IMG/VR virus record: IMGVR_UViG_3300046738_000034 | Location: 1-29,940 of that record | Reading direction: 5' to 3' (one strand) | Origin: a virus | Lineage: Duplodnaviria > Caudoviricetes | DNA: 29,940 nt | The notes under the pieces: model-generated | Database searches by the model: none | What the model saw: only the letters and a program-made list of their open reading frames with translations | Told to the model about the DNA's origin: nothing | Program-made: the position numbers and the translations under genes | Shown here: positions 8,073-15,629 of the stretch, piece after piece | Layout: every line of letters starts with the position of its first letter | Position numbering within the stretch: the stretch's first letter is position 1

Positions 8073-9538
8073 CCTGCGACGAGCATGCGGTAGGCCGTGG
8101 CGGCGGCCAGCGCCACCACCCCGTTACCGGCGGCCTTGAGCGCCTCGGGGCGCGACAGCTCGTCGGTCAGCAGCCCCGGGCGCAGGCCCATCATCCACTC
8201 GGGCAGGGCGGCCGACAGGCGCGGCCCGCCGTTGCGACCGAGTTCGGTGGGCGGCGGCGCGGGGTAGCCCGTGATGACCTCCCACAAGGCGACCGACTCG
8301 GCGTACTTCCCCCACCGCTCGGCCAGCGCGGCGGCGCCGAGCATCGGCGACCCGGTCGACCCGATCGAGCCCGTGCCCCGGTCCGCGTCGCCAGCGGTCG
8401 GCGTCGGCAGCAGGCAGGCGGCGGTGCTGAGCGGCAGCGAGCCGGACCCGTACGTCTGGCCCGGGTTGCCGCGCCCCTTCTCGCCGTCCGATGCGCGCGG
8501 CGTCGGCAGCAGGTGCACGGCCACGTCCTTCAAGCGCGGGCCGTAGTCCGGGCCGAGGGCCGTACGGTCGGCCGGCACGGGACGCGTGCCGTCAGCGGCG
8601 TCGACCACGAGCGGCGTCGGCAGCAGCGTCACGAGCGTGCGCAGGTCGTCGCCGCCCTCCCGGGCCGCCGTACGCCCCGGGCCCGACGAGCCGTCACGGG
8701 CGGTCGGCGACGGCAGCAACGAGGCGACCGCGTCGTCGAGATTCGAGCTGCGGTTGACGTCCGCGATCCGGCGCAGGGCGTACTCGGGCGAGAGCAGGCC
8801 GCCCCGGGTCGACATCGAGGCGTCGGGCGTCGGCAGGAGCTGCACGGCGGCGCCGAGCGGCATGCCGTTGGTGCGCCCGCGCTCGGCGAGCCGCCGCTGC
8901 CAGTAGGCCGGATCGCCCTCGCCGCGCCCGTCGCCGTCCCGGGCCATCGGCGACGGCAGCAGGAAGCGACCGCCGGAACGCGGTGCGCCGCAAATCTGCT
9001 TGGTGCCGATGCGCACCGCGTCGGGCGCCCCGGGGCCCACGTAGGCGGCCAGCGCGTACCAACGGTGGCGGTGGTGCGGGGCGCCGACCGCGCACGCCCC
9101 GAGCACCGTCCAGCGGACCGCGTAGCCGTCCTCGCGCAGGTGCTCGAAGCGCTCGGCCATCGTCCGGCCCTTGTCGTGCCCGACGATGTTGGCCACGTTC
9201 TCGAAGAACAGGAATTCGGGCATGATCTCGCGGTACGCGGCCCGCACCCACGGCCAGAGGAATCGCGGGTCGTCGCGACCGGCCTGCCGTCCCGCGATGC
9301 TGATCGACTGGCACGGGTCGCCCGAGCTGACGATGCGCGTCTTGGGTGCGAGGTGCCACGGGGCCGCCTTGATGTCGCCGACGTTCGGCACGCCCGGGTA
9401 CTCGGTCGCGAGCACCTTGCCGACCGAGGCCTCGACCTCACTGAACCAGCGCGGGCGGATCGCCAGACCGGCGAGGCGCAAGGCCTCGCCGAGCCCGTCG
9501 TAACCCGTGCAGAACGAGCCGTAGTCGATCTCGGTCAT
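8069..9538 (-). CDS. DNA (cytosine-5) methyltransferase with repeat-expanded variable region
   Basis: Motif I FCTGYDG, IV GDPCQSIS, VI FFENV, VIII HHRHRWY, C-terminal EWMMGL and AGNGVV (IX/X). Confidence 0.92.
   Translation of the reverse strand: MTEIDYGSFCTGYDGLGEALRLAGLAIRPRWFSEVEASVGKVLATEYPGVPNVGDIKAAPWHLAPKTRIVSSGDPCQSISIAGRQAGRDDPRFLWPWVRAAYREIMPEFLFFENVANIVGHDKGRTMAERFEHLREDGYAVRWTVLGACAVGAPHHRHRWYALAAYVGPGAPDAVRIGTKQICGAPRSGGRFLLPSPMARDGDGRGEGDPAYWQRRLAERGRTNGMPLGAAVQLLPTPDASMSTRGGLLSPEYALRRIADVNRSSNLDDAVASLLPSPTARDGSSGPGRTAAREGGDDLRTLVTLLPTPLVVDAADGTRPVPADRTALGPDYGPRLKDVAVHLLPTPRASDGEKGRGNPGQTYGSGSLPLSTAACLLPTPTAGDADRGTGSIGSTGSPMLGAAALAERWGKYAESVALWEVITGYPAPPPTELGRNGGPRLSAALPEWMMGLRPGLLTDELSRPEALKAAGNGVVALAAATAYRMLVAG
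8402..8962 (-). repeat. Six in-frame LLP[TS]P modules within the methyltransferase
   Basis: Cores at 8402, 8501, 8615, 8708, 8828 and 8951; spacings 99, 114, 93, 120 and 123 bp. Confidence 0.9.
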
Positions 9539-9771
9539 CGACCGAGCGCCTTGCGCAGGTCACCCATCGCGGCAGCGCCAGCAGCCATCTGCGCGGGGCT
9601 CGCGGTGGTCACGGTCCGGGCGGCCACCTTCTCGGGGTGGTGCTCGTCATCGTGGGCCATCTGCGCGCCGACCGTGTGAAACTGCGCCTCGTGCTCGCGG
9701 CACAGGTAGCTGCCCTCGCCGAACTTAAACCAGCTCGGCGTCTCCAGCCGGACCCGCTTAGTCGCTTTCAT
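9535..9771 (-). CDS. Small protein with zinc-finger-like motif
   Basis: ATG at 9771 behind GGGAG; YLCREHEAQFHTVGAQMAHDDEHH resembles C2H2 spacing; overlaps the MTase start (ATGA). Confidence 0.65.
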   Translation of the reverse strand: MKATKRVRLETPSWFKFGEGSYLCREHEAQFHTVGAQMAHDDEHHPEKVAARTVTTASPAQMAAGAAAMGDLRKALGR

Positions 9772-9808
9772 CGTGACTCCCAAGTGCTCGTGCCTGCTTG
9801 CTTGGTAT

Positions 9809-9839
9809 GAACCTAGCAGGTTGCTAGCAAGATGCGCAA
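9809..9839 (-). promoter_or_regulatory. SigmaA-like promoter with CCTAGCAGG box
   Basis: Minus strand TTGCGC-N18-TAGGTT; plus strand ACCTAGCAGGTTGCTAGC. Confidence 0.7.
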
Positions 9840-9880
9840 GGGGGGCCGCGCCCCCCACCGAGAGCGGCCCCCCTTGCGCA
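9833..9880 (-). terminator. Perfect 17-bp inverted repeat, likely terminator
   Basis: TGCGCAAGGGGGGCCGC ... GCGGCCCCCCTTGCGCA just downstream of the stop at 9894. Confidence 0.7.
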
Positions 9881-9893
9881 TTACCCCGCCAGG

Positions 9894-10457
9894 CTAGCCG
9901 ACTGCGAACGGGTTGTAGACCGGAGCCTCGGCGCCGTTCGTCACGGTCGCCGCCGGCTGCTGCGGTGTGGTCGCCGCGGGCGGCGCGGTGGCCTCGACCG
10001 GGGCGGGCGGCACGGGGGCCGCACCCTCGAAGGTGGTCGTGACGACCGGACCCGGGCCGCCCTGCGCGGCGCTGTTGGTGTGCGCCTGCAATGCGGCCTG
10101 CTGCTTCTCCCGGGCCTCGTCCTCGGCGATCTGCTGCTTGGTGCGCCGCGTCCGCTTCGGCTTGTCGACGGCGACCCGGTCGGCCTCGGTCGGCGTGCCG
10201 GCCGGCACGGTGCCGTTGGCCACGGCGGCATCCCACACGCGATCGGCGAGCACCTGCTGCTGCGGCGGGACCGGTCCGGCGGCCATGCCGCCCTGCACGT
10301 GCTCGTCCGTGATCAGCGCGTCCATGATCGCGGTCGGCGCGATGCGCGCAATCATCGTCGCCGAGCCGGCGAGCTCGAAGAGCGTCTCGTCGCCCTCGTA
10401 GCCGCCGCCCATGTCGGTCGTTTCCTTGATGACGGTCAGCCGGTAGATAACACCCAC
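9894..10457 (-). CDS. Hypothetical protein with basic KRTRRTK motif and Pro/Ala-rich tail
   Basis: GTG at 10457 behind GGAGAG; high-GC codon pattern; ends YNPFAVG. Confidence 0.7.
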   Translation of the reverse strand: MGVIYRLTVIKETTDMGGGYEGDETLFELAGSATMIARIAPTAIMDALITDEHVQGGMAAGPVPPQQQVLADRVWDAAVANGTVPAGTPTEADRVAVDKPKRTRRTKQQIAEDEAREKQQAALQAHTNSAAQGGPGPVVTTTFEGAAPVPPAPVEATAPPAATTPQQPAATVTNGAEAPVYNPFAVG

Positions 10458-10459
10458 GG

Positions 10460-10921
10460 TCAATCTCTCCCATCGGAAATGATGATCACTGCGCCCGCCG
10501 GCTGTTCCGGCGTGGCTCGGTACTTCCAGAGACTGCGGCAACCCATCACCTGCGAGTCGTCCGCGTAGAGCCGCGCCGAGGAGCTGGCGCGCTTGTTGGC
10601 ACCGCCGAGCGCGTCGAGGACGGCGCGCATCAGCTTGTCGAGGTCAGGGTCGCCGAGCGGATCGTCGGTGCCCTCGGCCTGACACTGCTCGGGCAGCACG
10701 TAGAAATGCATCAGCTCGACGACCACCCGCGAGCCCCGAGGAAACAGCGGCAAGTGAGTCGGCAGATAGCCCGCGTCCTTGCACGCCCGCCACGCCGCGA
10801 TCTTCACGGCCTGACGCCACGAGGGCAGGTAGATCGAGGATTCCCTGAGCTGTCCCGCGCCGCCGAGCCATTTCGAGCCCTGCGGCGCGGGACGTCCGTA
10901 CGCCCTGACGATTAACTGCAT
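10460..10921 (-). CDS. rusA: RusA-like Holliday junction resolvase
   Basis: GRPAPQGSK start, PDLDKLMRAVLDAL and YADDSQV catalytic motifs; ATG overlaps the upstream TGA. Confidence 0.9.
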   Translation of the reverse strand: MQLIVRAYGRPAPQGSKWLGGAGQLRESSIYLPSWRQAVKIAAWRACKDAGYLPTHLPLFPRGSRVVVELMHFYVLPEQCQAEGTDDPLGDPDLDKLMRAVLDALGGANKRASSSARLYADDSQVMGCRSLWKYRATPEQPAGAVIIISDGRD

Positions 10922-11793
10922 CAGGCCAGCGGGTGGGGGTAGACCCCCTGCTGCACGAGTTCGAGGTACTGGCCGCCGAGGCGCAGGTCGGCCTCGGTCG
11001 CGCCTTGCAGGAACCACGGGTCGTTGCGCTGCGGACCGGCCTTGACGACGCGGCCGATCACCATGCCCGGGGCGCCCCCGGGCTGCGGCAGCGAGTCGCG
11101 CAACTGCCCGATGACGCGGCTCTGCGTGATCCACATGGCCTTACGCACGTAGGGCAGCGGGCTGCTCTCGGTGTGCGGGCGCGGCGGCAGCTCGTACGGC
11201 GCCCCGCCGAAGGCGATCGGCTGCATGCCGCCGTTGCCGTCGTCGAGCACGACCACGGTGGCCGTGAGCTGGTCCTGCTCAAGGTCGCCCCGGGCGCGCT
11301 GCTCGGCCGTGATGTACTGCGGATTACGGGGCCGCCGGGCGATGGCCAGCGGGAACACGAGCACGAGGCGCCCGTACATGTCCGCCATCTTGGCGCCGCG
11401 ACCGTCACCCACGGGCGGCGGTGCGCCCGCGCCGCGCAGGTCGCCGACGTTGAGCGCGGGCGGCGGCCCGGACGGAATCTGCGCGGGCGCCTGCTGCTGA
11501 GCGGGCGGCGCGTAGGCGGCGGGCGCCTGCTGCTGCGGGGCGTACGCGGGCTGCTGCGCCGGGGGCTGGTAGGCCTGCGGTGCGACGGGCTGCGCGTACG
11601 GGTTGCCCTGCGGCGCGGGCTGCGCCGGGACACCAGCACCGAACGGGTTGCCGGCCGGCACCTGCGCGGGCTGCTGCTGCGGGGCGTACGCGGGCTGCTG
11701 CGCCGCGGGCTGCGCGAAGGGGTTGCCGGCGGCGGGCTGCTGGGCCTGCTGCGCGGACTGCTGAGCAGCGTGCTGCTCAAACGGGTTGGTCAT
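10921..11793 (-). CDS. Putative ssDNA-binding protein with long P/Q/A-rich N-terminal tail
   Basis: C-terminal domain GRLVLVFP...VVVLD...VIGQL...VIGRV...PWFL..AT.AD resembles actinophage SSB-like proteins (recalled similarity); lies between exonuclease and RusA. Confidence 0.5.
   Translation of the reverse strand: MTNPFEQHAAQQSAQQAQQPAAGNPFAQPAAQQPAYAPQQQPAQVPAGNPFGAGVPAQPAPQGNPYAQPVAPQAYQPPAQQPAYAPQQQAPAAYAPPAQQQAPAQIPSGPPPALNVGDLRGAGAPPPVGDGRGAKMADMYGRLVLVFPLAIARRPRNPQYITAEQRARGDLEQDQLTATVVVLDDGNGGMQPIAFGGAPYELPPRPHTESSPLPYVRKAMWITQSRVIGQLRDSLPQPGGAPGMVIGRVVKAGPQRNDPWFLQGATEADLRLGGQYLELVQQGVYPHPLA
11527..11705 (-). repeat. 35-bp exact direct repeat (AQQPAYAPQQQ x2)
   Basis: CTGCTGCTGCGGGGCGTACGCGGGCTGCTGCGCCG at 11527-11561 and 11671-11705. 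Confidence 0.85.
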
Positions 11794-11845
11794 CGTGCCT
11801 CTTCCTGAGATCGGTTTTCGTGTCGTGCGCCTTACGCGCTGGACG

Positions 11846-11920
11846 CTGGTGGGGCAGGAATCGAACCTGCGACGCAGCGAGTTTGCACCCCGCCCGCTCT
11901 GCCTACTGAGCTACCCACCA
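11846..11920 (-). tRNA. Atypical tRNA, anticodon GCA (Cys), no encoded CCA
   Basis: TGGTGGG-TA-GCTC-AGTAGGCA-GAGC-G-GGCGGG-GTGCAAA-CTCGCT-GCGTC-GCAGG-TTCGATT-CCTGC-CCCACCA-G forms a full cloverleaf. Confidence 0.85.
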
Positions 11921-12191
11921 TGGTTCTCGGCGTGTTCCGAGATCGGCCCGGAACACCCTGCGCGCAAGTCAGCAGTGACCAACGGCAACGCAGTGCGGCC
12001 CATGGTGGCGCCGCGCCGATTGCGACAGGGGCGGGCTACGACGCCCGCTCTGGTGCCCGCACTCATCGGCGGCCCTGTCGCGCCGAGGTCACATTGCCGC
12101 TGGCGGGCGGTCACATTATCTCGGCGAGTCTTTGCTGCCCCGGGCCCTCGTGGTTCGGTTTCCACGTGAGCCCGGGGGCTGTTTCGGTGCT
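11921..12191 (-). ncRNA. Candidate structured non-coding RNA upstream of the tRNA
   Basis: Own promoter, no credible ORF, six consecutive helices found by eye. Confidence 0.6.
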
Positions 12192-12197
12192 GCACTG

Positions 12198-12228
12198 AGC
12201 CTAGCAGGTAGCTAGCAAGAATGCTAGG
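12198..12228 (-). promoter_or_regulatory. Promoter with CCTAGCAGG box driving ncRNA/tRNA/SSB
   Basis: Plus strand CCTAGCAGGTAGCTAGCAAGAATGCTAGG; minus strand extended -10 TGC-TAGGCT. Confidence 0.7.
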
Positions 12229-13786
12229 CAGGGACCGGGGGAATCCAGCCGCAGGCGCACTTGAGCGCGCCGCCGCCGTGCAGGGCCCGCTGCGGGCACT
12301 CGATCTGCTGGCGCCGCGCGGTCGCCGCCATGGCCACCGCCGCCCCCCACGGCACGCCACGGTCCCGGGCCATATTCCACAAGATCGCGAGCCCGTCCAG
12401 CGTGACCGTCTTCCAGATCGCCTCGATGAGTAGCGCGGTCATGTCCTTCTCGGCGCTCGCCGGCTTGGGCGCGTCGTCGGCCGGCACCCACCGCACCTGT
12501 CCCTCGGCGTCCCGCGTCGAGACGAACTCGACCGGCTCGACCGGGGGCAGCTCGGCGTGCTTCACGAAGTCGACGCCGCCCACGTTGACGACGTCGCCGA
12601 TCTTGTACTCGGGCGCTTCGGAGCTGACGGCCACGGGCGGCGGCGTGGCGAAGCGCTCGGGCACGGGGCCCATGGCGGCCTGCCCGGGACCGGGCCGGTA
12701 GGGGTTGGCGTAGTCGGCGGCGACCGCCGTCTCGGTGAACACCTGCAACGGCTTCGGCTCGACGACGTTCGGAACGGGCGCAAACCAGCAGCCGGCGGCG
12801 CCGAGGCGGCGCTTGGCCCGCGCCTCGCGGTTGGTCTGCTCGTAGGCGGCGACCGCCGCTTCCCACCCCTCGATCAGGTTGATGAAATACGGCCTGGCGG
12901 CGCCGTTGCGCAGGTGCACCACGACCCCCACGTCCTGCCGCACGCACGGCATGCGGTCGTAGCGGCCGTTCGGCGCCATCACGTCCTCGCCGTTGCTGTT
13001 CTGCTTGACCTTGCCGTTAGCGCCGAGCACCGCGTGATAGCCGCCCGTGGGGATGAACATCTTCCGGGCCCGGGAGTAGATCGCGAGCTGCGGACCGATG
13101 TGCAACCCGTTGAGCCAAGGCTGCTCCTCGGTCTTGACGTCGGCGATCACCGCGTCGCCGTGGCCCGGAAGCCCGACGTCGGGGCACTCGTCGCCGTACT
13201 GGCAGGCGCCCGCGCCGAGCAGGGTGGCGAGGCCCGGAATGACCTCGATGCGGTCGAAGGTGCCCGCGACCTCAAGCTCGTCGAGCGCGACCGTGCGCTC
13301 GATCTCCACCGTGCGCCACCCGTTGAGCCGCCGCAGGGCCTCGTACGCCCGGACGGTCGCGGCGGCTTCGGCCGGCAAACCGGCGGCAACCGCTTCGACG
13401 TCCTCGCCGCGGTCGACGCGCTCGGTCAGTGTGTGGATCGCGGTGCCGATCTTCGCGCCGTCGCCCTTGCCGGTCTTGGCGACCTCCATGGCCGTCTCGG
13501 CGATGCCGTTGATCAGCTTCTTTTCGTCCTTCGACCAACCCTCAGCCGGCGGGCGCCCCATGGCCTTGACGGCGAGAATGAGGTCGTCGCGCTGCGCGAG
13601 CCCCTCGGCCACTTGCCGTAGCTTCCAGAGGTCGAGGTTGTAGGTGTCACCCTCGACCTTCTTGATCAGCTTCGACACTCGGCGGCGGTCGACGCCCTCG
13701 TGGTCGCGGTACCAACCCCAGTTGCCCGAGGTCGGCATCGCGCCCGACATGCGCGGCTCTACGGCTGACGTGATCCCCTGCGTCAC
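12224..13786 (-). CDS. PD-(D/E)XK (RecB/Cas4-like) exonuclease
   Basis: GTAIH, EIE, VAGTFDRI, IADVKT and QLAIY motifs; C-terminal C..H..C.C cluster. Confidence 0.85.
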   Translation of the reverse strand: MTQGITSAVEPRMSGAMPTSGNWGWYRDHEGVDRRRVSKLIKKVEGDTYNLDLWKLRQVAEGLAQRDDLILAVKAMGRPPAEGWSKDEKKLINGIAETAMEVAKTGKGDGAKIGTAIHTLTERVDRGEDVEAVAAGLPAEAAATVRAYEALRRLNGWRTVEIERTVALDELEVAGTFDRIEVIPGLATLLGAGACQYGDECPDVGLPGHGDAVIADVKTEEQPWLNGLHIGPQLAIYSRARKMFIPTGGYHAVLGANGKVKQNSNGEDVMAPNGRYDRMPCVRQDVGVVVHLRNGAARPYFINLIEGWEAAVAAYEQTNREARAKRRLGAAGCWFAPVPNVVEPKPLQVFTETAVAADYANPYRPGPGQAAMGPVPERFATPPPVAVSSEAPEYKIGDVVNVGGVDFVKHAELPPVEPVEFVSTRDAEGQVRWVPADDAPKPASAEKDMTALLIEAIWKTVTLDGLAILWNMARDRGVPWGAAVAMAATARRQQIECPQRALHGGGALKCACGWIPPVPA

Positions 13787-14124
13787 TGCTCTACCTCGAA
13801 TCCTGCCGCGAGAAACGCGGCCTTAATGGCGTTTACGTAGCGCGGTACCGCGCCGGGACCTGCGCTGACGGCCACGAGCGCCGCCCTGATTACCTCGTCG
13901 TCGATGCGCACCCGCGTGGCCGTCTCGATGGCGGCCTCTCGGGCGGCGAGCAGGCGCTCGGCCCACCCCTTCCTGCCGAACATGTCGTTAGCGCCCGACC
14001 ACGCGTCATCGAAGGCCTCGGCGGCCCGCTGCCGGCGGTCAACGAGTTCGGGCTGCCCACGCGGCTCGTCGAGCGGCACGGGCGCGGGGCCGTACCGCTC
14101 ATGCGGCCACCCCCCGCCCGTCAC
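13783..14124 (-). CDS. Hypothetical protein
   Basis: GTGA-coupled at both ends; ends AAFLAAGFEVEQ. Confidence 0.6.
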   Translation of the reverse strand: MTGGGWPHERYGPAPVPLDEPRGQPELVDRRQRAAEAFDDAWSGANDMFGRKGWAERLLAAREAAIETATRVRIDDEVIRAALVAVSAGPGAVPRYVNAIKAAFLAAGFEVEQ

Positions 14125-14351
14125 GGCGCCACCGCCAACAGCTCGCCGCGCAGGCCAGCGGCGTACGTGTCCGGAGACATGTCGCCGCGCCACCGCTTGA
14201 TGCATGCCTTGAAGTCGACGCACAGCAGGTCGTCGTCGAGCTGCTCGTAAAGCCCGCCCTTGCCGCAGGCGCCGCACGCGAAGGGCGGCTCGCGCGGGCC
14301 GTCCGGCCCCGGGACGACGGGCACGACCGGCTTACGGCCGAGTGCGAACAT
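14121..14351 (-). CDS. Small Cys-rich (CxxC...C...C) protein
   Basis: ATG at 14351; FACGACG...LCVDFKAC. Confidence 0.6.
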   Translation of the reverse strand: MFALGRKPVVPVVPGPDGPREPPFACGACGKGGLYEQLDDDLLCVDFKACIKRWRGDMSPDTYAAGLRGELLAVAP

Positions 14352-14353
14352 GA

Positions 14354-14623
14354 TCAAACCCCCCACGTTTCCGCAACGATCTCGACGCCGAGCGCGGCGT
14401 CGAGGAACATCTGCGCCGCCCGCGCCTCGGCGCTGACGTCGGACGGCTGTATGACGATGACCTGCGTGCCGGCCGGCGGGTAGCCGACAACGCGCGTGTG
14501 CCCACCGTTCTTGACGAGCGTGACAGCGAGCGGGGGGCCCTGCACGATGGCCTCGACCCCCCACACGTCGTTGTCATGCCCGAGCACGGTGTCACCCGCG
14601 TGCACCTGCTCGTAGGTGGCCAC
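14354..14623 (-). CDS. Hypothetical beta-barrel-like protein
   Basis: 89 aa, VHAGDTVLGHD..VWGVE; packed within the operon. Confidence 0.7.
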   Translation of the reverse strand: MATYEQVHAGDTVLGHDNDVWGVEAIVQGPPLAVTLVKNGGHTRVVGYPPAGTQVIVIQPSDVSAEARAAQMFLDAALGVEIVAETWGV

Positions 14624-14625
14624 GG

Positions 14626-15438
14626 TCAGAGAGTGCCGAGGTAGCTGATACCGCTCGTGGCCGCCGAGGCGTCGCTCGTGGCGGCGGCGGCGATCCGGAC
14701 GAGCAGCGCCTGCAACGCGGCGTCCGCGTCGTCGACCTTCTCGATACCGACCACCGCGCCGTCGACCATCGCCTTAGCGTGCTCGGGCGCCTCGCCGCTG
14801 CCGACCGCGAGGCGGGCCAGCGTGGCGGCCGTGCTCTGCTTGGCCTTGAGCTGCTCCATGAGGCCGTCCACCACCTCGGCGGCGGTGGTGATCTGCGCGG
14901 CGAGATCCTGCGCTTCGCCGAGGGCTTTGCAGGTGAGCAGGGTCAGTTCGCGCAACCGATCGCGCATGCTGTCGTCGGACATCGGTACTCCTGTCGGTGG
15001 TGTCGGTGCTGGCGAGGGTGCTGGCGTAGGCGTGAAGTCGAGCTTGATGTCGTCGTTGGTGGCGCCGATGCCCTTGCCCGCGTACGGCCCGCCGAGGCTG
15101 CCGTTGAACCAGTACGGCTTTTCGGTCGGCTTCGGCGTGCGGCCGTGCGGGGGCTGCGTGGCGGTCGTGCTCGGGTTGATCGGCTTGGCGTCCTTCGAGA
15201 CCTTGTTGGCCTCGGCGAAGGCGGCCTCGATGATCCGGGCCCGCTCGTCGAGGTGCTCCCGGTCATAGGCGCTGAGCGGCGAGAGCAGCAGCGAGGCGGG
15301 GCAGGGCCCCGACAGGTCGGCGTTCCCGACCTCGTGCAGCGGGTAGCGCTGCACCGTGTCCTCGTCGTTGTCCTTCGTGGCCTGCTCGACAACCATGATC
15401 ACGTTGGCGCCGCAGAAACGGAAGGCGCAGGCGGTCAC
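14626..15438 (-). CDS. Two-domain hypothetical protein (Cys-containing N-terminus, Pro/Thr linker, helical C-terminus)
   Basis: 270 aa; GTGA-coupled start; internal AGGAG plus ATG at 14982. Confidence 0.7.
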   Translation of the reverse strand: MTACAFRFCGANVIMVVEQATKDNDEDTVQRYPLHEVGNADLSGPCPASLLLSPLSAYDREHLDERARIIEAAFAEANKVSKDAKPINPSTTATQPPHGRTPKPTEKPYWFNGSLGGPYAGKGIGATNDDIKLDFTPTPAPSPAPTPPTGVPMSDDSMRDRLRELTLLTCKALGEAQDLAAQITTAAEVVDGLMEQLKAKQSTAATLARLAVGSGEAPEHAKAMVDGAVVGIEKVDDADAALQALLVRIAAAATSDASAATSGISYLGTL

Positions 15439-15629
15439 ACCGCACCGCCGAGGGCACTGATCAGCTCGCGGCGCTGCTGGTCGTCGAGGTGGATCCGGGT
15501 GGTGTCATGGCGGACCGTGACGTGCAGCTCAGCGACGCAACCGCCGAGGCCGCACGGCAACGGGGGCGTCACGATGATGCTGGTCTGCCCCCTGGTGGCG
15601 AGGCGGGTAGTTCGTGTGATCTCTCCCAT
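15435..15629 (-). CDS. Hypothetical protein, first gene of leftward operon (leaderless)
   Basis: ATG 7 nt downstream of a TAGGGT -10. Confidence 0.65.
   Translation of the reverse strand: MGEITRTTRLATRGQTSIIVTPPLPCGLGGCVAELHVTVRHDTTRIHLDDQQRRELISALGGAV

Noticed and set aside
9490-9520. Inactive methyltransferase because motif I reads GYDG
   Set aside because: Asp variants of the SAM-binding loop occur in other C5 MTases and the catalytic PCQ, ENV and RxR motifs are intact
11794-11846. Theta/HDV-like ribozyme 3' of the tRNA
   Set aside because: Only ~50 nt with one small GCGC hairpin and the RBS; no nested double pseudoknot visible
11846-11890. tRNA 3' half as attP
   Set aside because: The cloverleaf is complete and no integrase is adjacent
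12040-12072. Hammerhead ribozyme core (CCGAUGAG)
   Set aside because: Needs CUGANGA plus GAAA after stem II; here the sequences are CCGAUGA and CAGA, with no UH cleavage context
11911-12360. ORFs 11911-12360 (-), 11786-12169 (+) and 11920-12198 (+)
   Set aside because: No RBS or codon bias; they cross a promoter, the tRNA or the exonuclease end
12224-13786. Cas4-like nuclease as part of a CRISPR system
   Set aside because: Stand-alone PD-(D/E)XK exonucleases are routine in actinophage recombination modules; no array or cas1
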